Source of the DNA: a virus
Taxonomy: Duplodnaviria; Caudoviricetes
Length of the DNA: 27,364 nt
IMG/VR virus record: IMGVR_UViG_3300047408_000180
Location: 1 to 27,364 of that record
Reading direction: 5' to 3' (one strand)
Every line of letters begins with the position of its first letter. Position 1 is the first letter of the stretch. The translations under genes were made by a program, and so were the position numbers. The notes below the pieces were generated by a model. It ran no database searches and had not been told where the DNA came from. It saw only the letters and a list, made by a program, of their open reading frames with translations. Positions 9,187-19,500 of this stretch are shown here, one piece after another.

Positions 9187-9609
9187 TCACAATGTGAACA
9201 AACCGGAAACGTTGAATACGACGGTGATGTCCGCGCCGTTCGGCGTCACCGGCAGCCCGGTCCCCGTGTCCACCCATGCGATCAGCCGCTGCGCGGACGC
9301 CGCAACGTCGCCTCCACCAGTGACCGCGCTGCTCTGGAAATAGAGCAAGCTATGACCGCTGGCGTTCGCAGCCGGCGCGGTATAGGTGATGTCAGCAGCG
9401 TCCGCGGTGCCGCTGGTCCCCGTCTTGGACGCGAGCGCGGCGGACGTGGCGTGCAGCACGCCGCTCGCGCCGGTCACATCCGAGACGAACTTGTGCGCGG
9501 CGTTGAAGGTGTAGGCCCGTACCAACGCCACCTTCATTACCGCGGTATCCCAATCGATCTCTCCGAGCAGGAAGCCTTCACGGCCCGGATTGAAAAGTGC
9601 GTTTGCCAT
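9187..9609 (-). CDS. Conserved phage structural protein
   Basis: MANALF...IDWDT..MKVALV...PVTPNGADITV pattern is common upstream of phage fibre-like genes; GGAGAAGG SD. Confidence 0.65.
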   Translation of the reverse strand: MANALFNPGREGFLLGEIDWDTAVMKVALVRAYTFNAAHKFVSDVTGASGVLHATSAALASKTGTSGTADAADITYTAPAANASGHSLLYFQSSAVTGGGDVAASAQRLIAWVDTGTGLPVTPNGADITVVFNVSGLFTL

Positions 9610-9621
9610 GAAGCCTTCTCC

Positions 9622-9840
9622 TTAGCCTGCGTACTTCAGGTCTTCAATAGAGTTCGGCACGTTGGCCGCCGTCGCCTCGAGCGCCGCTACGCGCGCGAGC
9701 AGGGTCTGCCAGTCGTCCGGCAGCGTGACCGTCACCACCGCGCCCGTGCTGAGCCGATAACTCACCCGTAGACGGCCGGTGTGTATCCAGAACCCATCGG
9801 TGATGTGGTCGCTGGGAACAACCGGCGCCTGGGTTGTCAT
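9622..9840 (-). CDS. Hypothetical protein (72 aa)
   Basis: True start is likely the ATG at 9840 (TGATG coupling with the upstream gene): MTTQAPVVPSDH... Confidence 0.6.
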   Translation of the reverse strand: MTTQAPVVPSDHITDGFWIHTGRLRVSYRLSTGAVVTVTLPDDWQTLLARVAALEATAANVPNSIEDLKYAG

Positions 9841-10283
9841 CAGGCATTGACCACCCGAGCGCCAGGCCGCTTGATGACGATGCTCGCGTGGACTCCGCCC
9901 TGGGACTCGCGGTTGTCGCGGCGGTACACGGCGGCCTCGATCTGCTCGTAGACCCGGCGGTAGTCCTCCTCCCTGGTAAGACCCAGCTCGGTCATCGCCG
10001 CCACGCGCTCGAGTCCGAGCCACCATTCAGCGTCGACCACGTCGGGCGTATTGGCGTCACCGGTCAACGGCGTGCCGTCCAGGCACAGACCGTCACGCTC
10101 GACCTTGAGTTCCTTCACCATCCCGCCGACCAACGAGTGCAGCGCCGCGACCTCGTTCTGGTTCTGGAGAAAGCGGGTGTGACCTCCGAACGTGACCCGG
10201 AAGAATCCTGGGCCGAACGTACAGTCGGACCGATGCGCTGCGGCGACGCTCAGGTACTCGGTCCGGCCGTGCTCGTCGATCAC
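9840..10283 (-). CDS. Hypothetical protein
   Basis: 147 aa; GTGA overlap upstream and TGATG overlap downstream. Confidence 0.6.
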   Translation of the reverse strand: MIDEHGRTEYLSVAAAHRSDCTFGPGFFRVTFGGHTRFLQNQNEVAALHSLVGGMVKELKVERDGLCLDGTPLTGDANTPDVVDAEWWLGLERVAAMTELGLTREEDYRRVYEQIEAAVYRRDNRESQGGVHASIVIKRPGARVVNA

Positions 10284-10735
10284 GACGTGGTGAAGGTCCC
10301 GTCGGCTGAGTAGGTTGTGATGCCGTTCGCGACCGCGGCGATGCGGTAGTGGTAGAGCGTCCCTGTCGTCAATCCACTCAGCGCCTTGGTCTGTGCCCCG
10401 ACGCCCGAGCCCTGCGTATTCTGCGACCCGTACGCCAGCGTGGTGCCGTAGTCGACCCAGTTCAGCGAACTGGGCGCGAGCGTGAAGTTCACCGTCGCGG
10501 TGGTCGCGGTGATGCCTGTCACCGAAATCGCCGTGATGGTCGGCGCCTGGGCAGTTGCCCCGGTTGGCGAGCCGTTGGGAAACACCGCGGTCGCCGCGGA
10601 CGCATTCGCGGGCCAGCCTGCCGGCCCTGGTGGCGCCTGGCCCGTTTCGTTGCCGCGCCAGTCGACGGGCGTGTGGGTCCAGAGACCCATCGCGGCGCCG
10701 ACCTGCGAGCCGATCCTGCCTCCGTCAAGTGGCAT
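10280..10735 (-). CDS. Fibronectin type III / Ig-like domain virion protein
   Basis: TATVNF...VDYGTT..YG...LSGLTTGTLYHYRI...TFTT is a classic FN3-like signature. Confidence 0.75.
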   Translation of the reverse strand: MPLDGGRIGSQVGAAMGLWTHTPVDWRGNETGQAPPGPAGWPANASAATAVFPNGSPTGATAQAPTITAISVTGITATTATVNFTLAPSSLNWVDYGTTLAYGSQNTQGSGVGAQTKALSGLTTGTLYHYRIAAVANGITTYSADGTFTTS

Positions 10736-10738
10736 GGC

Positions 10739-11053
10739 TTACACCTTTTGCCTTGTGGGCGGCGGAGGAGCGGGGTTGGACTTCGCAGCCGGTGGCGACG
10801 TTTCGGCCTTGGCCTTCGGTGCCGCGCGAGTCGCGTTCTGCTCGTTCCACTCGACGAAGTTCTCGATGGTCTCCTCGCCGGTGATGGTGTACCCAATCCG
10901 CAGGTACATCTCCGCGTTGGTTGCCGGCGCGATGATGGTCTCGCCGTCGGTCTTGAGAAAGTGGAAGTAGAGCGTGCTCGGCGGAGTGACCGCCGGGCCG
11001 TTCTCGTGAATCAGGTTCGCCTGCGCGACAAAATCAACGGGTGTTTCGCTCAT
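10739..11053 (-). CDS. Hypothetical protein
   Basis: 104 aa; GGAGGAG SD; ATGA overlap; Pro/Ala-rich tail. Confidence 0.65.
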   Translation of the reverse strand: MSETPVDFVAQANLIHENGPAVTPPSTLYFHFLKTDGETIIAPATNAEMYLRIGYTITGEETIENFVEWNEQNATRAAPKAKAETSPPAAKSNPAPPPPTRQKV

Positions 11054-11655
11054 GTTCGACTCCTCCGTCTGGACTCGTCGATCGGATCTTTGCCAGTGCC
11101 CTCGATGGTGGTCGCCTTCGCACCTTCAGCACCGAGCTTTCTCTGCAAGTTTTCCAGAGACTCGTCCGTCTCTATACCGCGAAGTAGTGACGGCTCCGGT
11201 TCGTCGCGGTACTTCACGTCGACCACTCGGACCACGCCGCCATGCGAGCGGATGTCCTTGATGGTCGCCTCGAGTTGCTCGGTCGTTTGCGTGTCGATGG
11301 TCTCGGTATCGATCAACGTGCCCAGGGTCGGGTCCTTGGTATCCGCCTTGCGAATCGCGTTGATCAGCTTGGCTCGCTTGCGCTGCTCGGCGATGACCTC
11401 AGGTCGGACCAGCTTCTCCCACTCTTCCACTTCCGACATCGTTTCGCCGCGAGCCGCCACGTCAGTCAGCAGGTGAAAACCGAGGTCGGAGTAGAGGGCT
11501 CGGTTCTGCGGGTCCGACTGGAGCTGGACGATGTCCCCGTTTGGGGTTGCGAACCATCTCAAAGGATAGTTGTAATTCTGGCCACGCTTGAGCGGGATGT
11601 CAGTCCGCCCAAGCGTCTTTTCGACCATGCGGTCGATGAACGTTTCAGTTGCCAT
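11050..11655 (-). CDS. Hypothetical protein downstream of the capsid gene
   Basis: 201 aa charged protein in the operon, with operon-like codon usage. Confidence 0.65.
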   Translation of the reverse strand: MATETFIDRMVEKTLGRTDIPLKRGQNYNYPLRWFATPNGDIVQLQSDPQNRALYSDLGFHLLTDVAARGETMSEVEEWEKLVRPEVIAEQRKRAKLINAIRKADTKDPTLGTLIDTETIDTQTTEQLEATIKDIRSHGGVVRVVDVKYRDEPEPSLLRGIETDESLENLQRKLGAEGAKATTIEGTGKDPIDESRRRSRT

Positions 11656-11674
11656 ATTCGAGTGTAGACGCGGC

Positions 11675-12529
11675 TTACGCCGCGCCTTTGGCCCAGACGC
11701 CGAACGTCGGACGCATCATCTGGTGGCCGTAGATTTCTTCCACTGCCAACTTCCAGGTGAAGACGTCGATGTCGTAGAAGATGTGCGACTTGGGGCTCCG
11801 CTGGAGAATGAGCGCCAGCGCTTCCCGATGGAAGATGAAGCAGTTCGCCTGACCGCCGGCTGGCTTGACCAGGTTGGTGGTGATCCCCAGGTTCAGCCCG
11901 TACATGTCGCCGAGCATGCCACTCTTGGCTGGCATGGAGGTGTTGCCGATGTACAAGGCGTTCGACCAACGGTCGAGTGCCAGTTTGGCGACCTTCTCAG
12001 CCGGGCTCATGATGAAGAACCGTTCGGTCTGCGGCGCGTCGGCGTTGTCGAGGAGCTGCACCGCGGACAGCACGTTGGCGTCTGAGAGCGGAGTGCCGAG
12101 CGTGCCTACGGTCTGGGTGAAGCCAGCGACGTCGACCGCGAGCGCCGAGTCGATGTCTTTCGCCAGCGCGTAGCCGAGCTTCTGCTGGTACTCGTTCTGG
12201 ACGTCGACGATCGCCTGCACCTTGACGATGTCCTCGATGCCGAGTGCGGCGTATGACCAGATGTTGAGCGTGATCGTGGTCGCGGTCTCGGCGACGGTTT
12301 CGTAGACGATCGCGGTGTTCTCGGCCTTGGCTCGAGCAGCAAGGTTGCCGATGCTGGCCACCTTGACCGTCTTGCCTACGCTGGCGTCGTTCTCGAACCC
12401 GCGGTTGACGCTCTTGGCGAGCAGCAGATTGGACTCCGTCGCGCGAAGGACCTGCTTACTCCAGATGTCAGGGGAGAAAATACCATCGGAAATTGTCTTA
12501 TCAACAAATTCGAGTGCGCCCGTGGCCAC
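11675..12529 (-). CDS. Major capsid protein (HK97 fold, P22-coat/podovirus-like)
   Basis: PDIWSKQVL...GKTVKV...KLGYALAKDID...RFFIMSP...G.MYG...FHREAL...YG motifs; follows a scaffold-like gene; AGGGGG SD. Confidence 0.85.
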   Translation of the reverse strand: MATGALEFVDKTISDGIFSPDIWSKQVLRATESNLLLAKSVNRGFENDASVGKTVKVASIGNLAARAKAENTAIVYETVAETATTITLNIWSYAALGIEDIVKVQAIVDVQNEYQQKLGYALAKDIDSALAVDVAGFTQTVGTLGTPLSDANVLSAVQLLDNADAPQTERFFIMSPAEKVAKLALDRWSNALYIGNTSMPAKSGMLGDMYGLNLGITTNLVKPAGGQANCFIFHREALALILQRSPKSHIFYDIDVFTWKLAVEEIYGHQMMRPTFGVWAKGAA

Positions 12530-12566
12530 TTCGGATACCCCCTACTATTGTCACTAGCGCTAGTTG

Positions 12567-13457
12567 CTAGTGCTGTCGAACGGGTATCCCTCGGGTGGAC
12601 CGATGGCGTACCCCTGGCTTTGGCCTACCGTTCTCGTCGAACAGCGCCTCGTACTCTTTGAGCGACATAGCGGCGATCTGTTCGTCTGTCACTTCGCGGA
12701 CGCGACCGGGGGTACCTGAGTCGCGCTCGGGGACAGGCTCGTCACCGTTGATCTCGTTCATCATCGACTTCCTCAGTGCGGACTCGCGCTTCTTGAGTTC
12801 GAGCTCGACCGTGGTATCGACGACTGACGAAAGGTATTCTGCCACTCCTTCGGCGTGGCTCTTGCCGGCGCCGAATGTTTTGCCCGAGACCTCCCGCTGA
12901 ACGGCTGGGTCTCGGCTTTGCTGGAACAGCGTCACGCCGTCCATAAAGGGAACTGCGGCCTGGGCTGCTTGCTGCGACGCGAGTTGCTGTTGCAGCTCAC
13001 GCTGAGTCATCTCGCCCAGGGTGTAGAGATCGTTGTTGGCGGCCGCATCCAGCTTGGCCTTTTCCTGAGCATCGCGCTCCTGCTTGGCCTGCAACGCCTT
13101 GACACGGCGCTCGGCGACATTGCCGACCAGCCCGGAGAAGACATCGTCCTTCTCGAGTTCGTCATACGGAACGTTCTTCAGGATTGACCGCAGCGCTTCG
13201 GTTGGGTCCTTGGCATCGCGGACCTGAGAGAACCAATCGGGTGTTGCAGGTGCTTCGGGAGACGAGGGCTCGGCGGCGTCAGAGTCCGCAATAGCCTCTG
13301 ACGTCACCTCGCCTACGGCCTGGTCCGTTGGAGGGACGGAGGTTGCCGTATCTGTACCGCGGCTACGTGGTGGACGCGACCGCGGCGCTTCTGGCTGCTC
13401 AGCCGGCTCGTCGTCGACGAGATCAGGATGGACGGACTTCTCCCAGTCGCCAGGCAT
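12567..13457 (-). CDS. Putative capsid scaffolding protein
   Basis: Acidic, disordered N-terminus, helical/coiled-coil core and IAAMSLKEYE C-terminal motif; directly upstream of the MCP. Confidence 0.7.
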   Translation of the reverse strand: MPGDWEKSVHPDLVDDEPAEQPEAPRSRPPRSRGTDTATSVPPTDQAVGEVTSEAIADSDAAEPSSPEAPATPDWFSQVRDAKDPTEALRSILKNVPYDELEKDDVFSGLVGNVAERRVKALQAKQERDAQEKAKLDAAANNDLYTLGEMTQRELQQQLASQQAAQAAVPFMDGVTLFQQSRDPAVQREVSGKTFGAGKSHAEGVAEYLSSVVDTTVELELKKRESALRKSMMNEINGDEPVPERDSGTPGRVREVTDEQIAAMSLKEYEALFDENGRPKPGVRHRSTRGIPVRQH

Positions 13458-13592
13458 CTACTTCTTTCCCTTCGCGCGACGCTGGACCGAGAGCGCGATC
13501 GCGACTGCTTGACGCTGGGGCCGGCCATCCTTCATCTCGGTCCGTATGTTCTGGCTCACAGCCGCCTTGGACCCGGACTTCTTGAGCGGCAT
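13458..13592 (-). CDS. Small basic phage protein (44 aa), absent from the ORF track
   Basis: Translated by hand: MPLKKSGSKAAVSQNIRTEMKDGRPQRQAVAIALSVQRRAKGKK; TGATG coupling upstream, TAG-ATG abutting downstream; resembles the widespread MPLKKG...QAVAIA phage family. Confidence 0.75.
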   Translation of the reverse strand: MPLKKSGSKAAVSQNIRTEMKDGRPQRQAVAIALSVQRRAKGKK

Positions 13593-14773
13593 CAGCCCCT
13601 CCGGACCACCCCGACCGTCTGGGGTGCGGTGAATTGAGGGAGCGTGTTCTTGATTTGCTGCATCGCGTCGGTGGGGTCCACGCCGTACTTCTCCTGCATC
13701 GCCTGCAGGATGATGTTCTGAGTGCTCGGATTGGACCGTAGGAACGACTGCGAGTCGATCTTGTTCGGCGTCGGCGTCTGCGCCAGGAACGTGTCCGCGC
13801 TGGTCTGATTGGACTGAGGCGACCTGATGTCGTCGATCATCTGGGACAAATATCCGAGCCCGCCCTGACTGTTGCCGCCGGCGGTGCCGACACCCGCGAC
13901 CGTCCCCGGAGCCTGGAATCCTGGGACCGGATTGCCAGCAAACATCTGCGCTGCCTGGCCGTAGAGTTGCTGCTGTCGGAACGGGTTGGCCTGCGCGGTT
14001 TGTGCAGCGTTGATCACGCCCATCTGCTGGCTGTACGCCTGCTGCTGCGCTGCGAGCGTGGGCGCGCCGTTGTACGTGCCTGTCAGCCCGGCCGCGGTCA
14101 CGCCCTGACCAAACTGCTGTGCCTGCGCGGCTTGCGTCTGCTGGCCGTTGTAGACGCCCGTCAAGCCTGCCGCGGTCATCGCGTTCTGCAGTTGCTGCGA
14201 TGCGATGTCGGCTTGCTGTTTCAGTGACGCCAGGGTCGCTTGACCTTGATAGGTGCCCGTCAGCGAGGCATCGTTCTGCGCGCCCAGCAACTTCTGCGCG
14301 GCGATGTCCGCTTGCTGCTTGAGTGCAGCCAGCGTCGGCGCGCCTTGGTAGGTCCCGGTAACACCCGCCTGGCTGATCAGGTAGCCCTGATTGAACTGAC
14401 GGACCGCTTCGGTGAATTTCGCCTGGTCGAGCCCGTAGGTCTGGTTGAACTCGCGGACCGTCTCGTCGAATGCCTGCTTGTTGCCCGACGCGATGGCAGC
14501 GAGCAGCTTGTCGATCTGCCCGCCGAGATCACCGCCAGCATTGGCTGCCGGTGCTGGCGTTGGAGTGGGAGTTCCGCCGCTGCTGCTGCTCGTGCTGCTG
14601 CTCGTGCTGCTGCTGGTGCTCTTTGGTGTGACGCTCTGGCCGGTCGCTACTGCGTAGTCGTGAACCACCGCGGCCGGGTCAGTATTGCCAGTCCACCCAG
14701 GCGTGTTCTGCAACTGCTGCGTCATCGACGCTACGGTCTGCTGACCGTTCTTGGTGTCGTAGGTGTCAGCCAT
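13592..14773 (-). CDS. Putative DNA ejection / internal virion protein
   Basis: 393 aa Gln/Ala/Gly-rich with 4 repeats of (A/S)G(L/V)TG(T/V)Y(Q/N)G..TLA; TGATG coupling. Confidence 0.6.
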   Translation of the reverse strand: MADTYDTKNGQQTVASMTQQLQNTPGWTGNTDPAAVVHDYAVATGQSVTPKSTSSSTSSSTSSSSGGTPTPTPAPAANAGGDLGGQIDKLLAAIASGNKQAFDETVREFNQTYGLDQAKFTEAVRQFNQGYLISQAGVTGTYQGAPTLAALKQQADIAAQKLLGAQNDASLTGTYQGQATLASLKQQADIASQQLQNAMTAAGLTGVYNGQQTQAAQAQQFGQGVTAAGLTGTYNGAPTLAAQQQAYSQQMGVINAAQTAQANPFRQQQLYGQAAQMFAGNPVPGFQAPGTVAGVGTAGGNSQGGLGYLSQMIDDIRSPQSNQTSADTFLAQTPTPNKIDSQSFLRSNPSTQNIILQAMQEKYGVDPTDAMQQIKNTLPQFTAPQTVGVVRRG

Positions 14774-16509
14774 CAGGTGTGGATCACAATCGTCGGTCCA
14801 GTCTGCGGTGCGGCGAACCCTGCACCGACCGCGCCCACTCCGCTCGAGGCGTACGGGTTGGAGCCTACGGTCACTGGAGCAGGGAACCCGTTCGGAGCGT
14901 TACCCCAGGGATTGCCGGCTCCACTCCCGTACCCGGCGGTCACCGCGCCGGCACCGGTCGAGGCATACGCGAGGTTCGGTGCCGCTGTCTGCGGTGCTGT
15001 AACGCCGTTGTTCTGCTGGCTCTGATTCGCTGCTGCCGTTGCCGCGACTGCGGGATGCGGTTGACCGGTGACCTGGTGGTACTTATCCAGCATGGTCGTC
15101 AGCGCGCCCACGGCGGTCTGCATCGCCGGGTCTGCCATGTTCGACTTCGGGTCGGCCATCTGCACCAGCCGCGCGGCAGAGTCGAGCGTGTCCTGTCCGC
15201 CCATCAGTTGCGACGTCCAGCCGCTGATACCGTTCACGATTCCGGCACCGAGCCCCGCCGGCGCGGACATCAGCCCGCCGCCGAAGTTGCCTGAACGCTG
15301 GCCCTGACCCGCGATCCCAAGAATCTGGCCGAGCATGCCTTGCGCTGTGCTCGCGCGCTGCTGGAGCATCCCCGCTCCGGTCTGCGCGTTGCCGCGAACG
15401 TTCGAGAGGATGTCGCCAGCAGCGGAGATTTGATTCTGCTGCTGCGCGGTGTCCGCGTTCTGCTGCGCCGCCTCGGCGCTTATGCGCTGGGTCTGCGCGT
15501 TCATGGTGTTGATCGCGCCGGTGATCAGGTCCTGGGCGTCCTTCTCGGACATCGACCCCTGTGCGACCTTGAGACCCAACTGCTGGGCGAGCTGCGACGT
15601 CGCTTCGCTTGCCGTGATCCGGTTCCCGTTTGGCTGTGACTCCAGCTTCCCCGTCGCTGGATTCATGGTCATGATGAGCGGCGCGACGGTGTCCGCGGTG
15701 AGCACCGTCGGCTCGGCAGCCTTCGCCGCGGTCGCCAGGTTCGCCGCGGTCTGAGCCTGGTTCAGACCGATCTCAGAAGGGGTCGTGGCCTCAACTTTGG
15801 TGGCGGTCGCTTCCTGGACCCTGCGCTGCGCATCCGTGAGCGCGATCTCGCCCGGTGCTTTCCGTTCGTTGATCGCGGCGTCGGCCGCTACCTTGACGGC
15901 GTTCGCGTCCTGAGCCGCGGCCTGAGCACTAGCCAGCGCTGTGTTGGCCTCGGTTTGCTGCTGCAGCAGTCCCTTGTTGGTCGGATCTTTAGCAAGTTCG
16001 TTCTCGATCCGAGTCTTCTCGGCGTTAGCTTTAGCGAGTTCAGCCGCTGCCCGCGACTGTTCAGCGTCCGCCTTGCTCTTGTCGTTGATGAGATCCTGCG
16101 ACGCCTGGGGAGAGCCCTTCTGAACATCGGTGATCGGCCCGCCGGACGACCAAGACAGATCTTTCAGATTGCCGCTGAACAGATTCGGGTTTGGCTTCCT
16201 TCCCGTAGCACTCTTGGGGTCTGGGTCGGGGACGGTGTCGTTGACGCCGGTCTGTGGCACGACCAGCCCACCCTTGATCGGGTCGGCTTTCAGCGGCAAG
16301 GCGCGCTGGTGCTCGCCGTCAGTGACAACGATGTAGTACCGACCGGTGCCGCGGTTGACCGTGGTCGCCGGGGTCCCGGTCGCCGAGTCCGCGGGGACGC
16401 TGACTGGAGCGGTTTCCTCAATAGGGACGGGATTCCCAAAGGGCTTCCAGGTCGTCCCGTCTGTCTGGCCCGCGTTCAGTTGGTCGATGAGCTGCTGAAC
16501 AGTTGCCAT
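14773..16509 (-). CDS. Putative DNA ejection / internal virion protein
   Basis: 578 aa Ala/Gln-rich coiled-coil with Gly-rich segments; coupled to both neighbours. Confidence 0.6.
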   Translation of the reverse strand: MATVQQLIDQLNAGQTDGTTWKPFGNPVPIEETAPVSVPADSATGTPATTVNRGTGRYYIVVTDGEHQRALPLKADPIKGGLVVPQTGVNDTVPDPDPKSATGRKPNPNLFSGNLKDLSWSSGGPITDVQKGSPQASQDLINDKSKADAEQSRAAAELAKANAEKTRIENELAKDPTNKGLLQQQTEANTALASAQAAAQDANAVKVAADAAINERKAPGEIALTDAQRRVQEATATKVEATTPSEIGLNQAQTAANLATAAKAAEPTVLTADTVAPLIMTMNPATGKLESQPNGNRITASEATSQLAQQLGLKVAQGSMSEKDAQDLITGAINTMNAQTQRISAEAAQQNADTAQQQNQISAAGDILSNVRGNAQTGAGMLQQRASTAQGMLGQILGIAGQGQRSGNFGGGLMSAPAGLGAGIVNGISGWTSQLMGGQDTLDSAARLVQMADPKSNMADPAMQTAVGALTTMLDKYHQVTGQPHPAVAATAAANQSQQNNGVTAPQTAAPNLAYASTGAGAVTAGYGSGAGNPWGNAPNGFPAPVTVGSNPYASSGVGAVGAGFAAPQTGPTIVIHT

Positions 16510-19500
16510 CAGCGAGACCCTGCCAATGCGCGTTGGGTGTTTACCAGGTCGCCGCTGGTCGGATTGAAGAACGAGAACTCATCGGGCGCCGCGGCCTGCT
16601 GATTCAACTGGCCGGCGGTCCGTTGGCCACCAATCACGCGCGAGCGCAGCTCAGCCGTGCCGAGCACCTTCGTCACCGCGGCCACGCGGCCCGCGTCGAC
16701 ACTGTTGATCATCGCCTTCAGCATGAGCGCCTTTCTGGGGTCCGGCGCGTTCTGGTATTCGGGCGCGTTCATTCGCTGAGCGATCTTGTCCAGCGCCGCG
16801 CCGGTGATCTCCGTCACCGCTCGCTGTTCGTCTGGGCTCAACGTAACTTTTGCTCCCCCGATCGTGACATCCTGAGGATACGCCTTGGGTGCAACTACAT
16901 CCGTGAAGCCTGCTTTGTGGAGCCGGTCCGCTTCGATGGTGAGCGGCGACGCCACGTCCTGCTGCCCACCGACCAGCGTGCCGATACCCGAACGCGCTTT
17001 GTTCAGCACCTCGCCCGTGGTGGGATCGATTTTTGCTGGAAGTTGCTGCGCGAGTCCTGGCCAGTTTGCCATCGTCCCTTCCCACAAGGACGAGACTCCC
17101 TTGCGGTTGATGTCGCGCGCGACCGGGTCGGTCGCGTTCTCCACAAAGCGCGCGGCACCGGGAACGGTGATGCGATTGATCGCGTCCTGAGCCAGGCCGA
17201 GTCCGCCCGCGGTTGCTCCGCCCTGGCTGATGTTGGATACCAGCCTGATCAGGTTCTCGCCTGGAATGCCCTGCTGGAACGGCTTCAGCGAGGCGTTGAA
17301 CGCAGCAGCGAACCGGGGCCCGTAGTAGTTGGTCAGCTTTTCGGCGTCCGATGTGCCTGGAGTGCTCGCCGGTACGTCATGCCCGCCCTTCTCGTAGCCA
17401 TCGGCCCATGACGCCATTATCTGCATCGGCAGCGCGTACGCACCCCACTCGTTCATGCTCACCCAGTTGCCATTGAGCCGCACCGAGTTCGGATGCTCGG
17501 GGTCATCTGGACCGGTGATGTTGCCATCGGCGACGTTCTTCGCAATCGCGAGCTGCACCATGCTCTCCAACCCGGTTTCGCCGACCGCTCGCTGGGCCTC
17601 GCCCATATTGCCTGCACGAAGCGCCCGTATTGCGCGGACCGCACCGGTCGCCTGAGCGGCGACGGGCAACCGATTGAGTCCGATCTGGAGCATCTGCACC
17701 GGTACGCCGCTGAACGGGATAGCGAAATCCATCAGCGCGCCCCCGGCCTGGTCGCGGAGCCGCGGACTGGCGAGCAACCCTTCTTTGGCGTTGGAGTAGG
17801 TTCGGAAGATGTTGTCGAGCACGCCCGTCCCCTGCTCCGTGCTGGCAACACGGCCGAAGACGCTCTGCGCACCGGCGCGAGTCCCTTCGCGGTACAAGTC
17901 GGTCGCATGCCTTGCTAGATAGGTCTCGGCCTGGGGGTCGCTCGCCGACATGCCAGCTTCGCGCAACAGCCTGCTCGCCTCCGCGGCCATGCCCTGGTAC
18001 TCGCCCAGCGTGCGGGTGAATGCGTCCGAAGCGGACAGCGCGCGGAACACCGACGACTTCACCGCACCACCAACGCCGGGACCGCCGATGGTGCCTCCTG
18101 GACGTTCCAGCGTGGCGAGTTGTCTGCCGCGCAGCGCTGAGACCGCGGCGCCGACAGCCTCTGGAAGCGCGCGACCCACTGAACTGACACCAGCCACCGC
18201 GTCGGCCCCACGACCGCCCAGCGTGAGCGCCACGGGCTGACGAGCGAGCTCGATGGTGTTGCCGATGACGTTGGCGATGTGCGTCGCCGGGTTGGACAGC
18301 ATGGACTGCTTGGTGAGGTCGACCGCCTGAGCGATTGGCCCTCGAGTTGCGGGTAGCGACGGCCTGGTTGGAGCAAAGCGCGTCTCGCGCAGGCTCTGAA
18401 GATTCTCGAACACCTGCCGCTCGAGCGGACCAGCGCCGGCGAATCCTGCCGCGGTATTGGTTGCGAGCAGACCAGCCCCCGCGCCTGCTGCGGTGCGCGC
18501 AATCCGTTCCTGTGGGCTGGCGTCTTCAGGAGTGGTCGCGTAGCCGGCTGCACCACCCGCGACCGTGCCACCGAGCCGTGCCGCGAGCAGCGGGTCCACC
18601 GCGCCACCCTGACGACCGCTGATGGCGTTGCGGATCTTGTCCAGCGACTCGGGGAACACCACCGTCGCCTGATGCTGGATCGGACTCCCCTCGGCATCAG
18701 TCATCGGAATGCGGTTGCCACCCTCGTAGGTGATCCCGTCGAACCCAGCCTGCTGCAACACTCGATTCATGGCGCGCTTGTCATCATGGAGAAACGCAGA
18801 ACCTAACCAGTCGTACAGGTCGGCTCCCGTTTCAAATCCTGCCCCGGCGTGCGGTCCTGCCGTGGAAGCCATTTCCACGAACTGCTGTCCATTGGAACCA
18901 CCCAGAGCAGACCCGATTCTTTGGATCTGCTCGTCAGTTACCGGACCTTCCATATCGAGCAACTTCAGGTTCTGCGGCAGGTCCACCGCGCGGACGTTGG
19001 CGCCGGCTGTAGCGGGATACGTCTGGAGTCGGGCTATGTCAGCCTCGACGACGGGTAACTCCTTCTGCGCATACGCAACCTGAGCCGTGTCTCCCGACAT
19101 CGCATGTGTCCCATCGAGCACCGAGCGGAGTTCGTCAGCCGTCTCCTGCAATTCCGTAAGCCGCATCAGTTGTGGGCTCCGTGATTGCGCGTAGCCGGGC
19201 TCGCCAATTCTTCCGGTATCCGCGGCTACGGTCCCACCAGCCACACGCGCATCGCTGGTGACGTAGTAGCCCGGTCCGAATAACCCGTTCGGATCGAAGT
19301 TGCTCGGTCGGTCGAACGACGCGCCGGTGCCGTGGTACATCCGCGTACTCGCAGGCTCCGCTGGAGCAGCAGTCGGCGGAGTGACTGCGCCAGGCTCAGC
19401 CGGCAACGGCTCGCGACCGATCCCGCGGCCCGTCATCGCCACGGCCTGACCTTCCAGCATGGTCCGAGCAGCGCCGGCCACGTCCTGGTCGGTGACTGGA

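Noticed and set aside
14579-14621. (CTG/GTG)-rich simple repeat
   Set aside because: It encodes a Ser/Thr linker (STSSSTSSSTSSSS) within a coding gene; ordinary low complexity.
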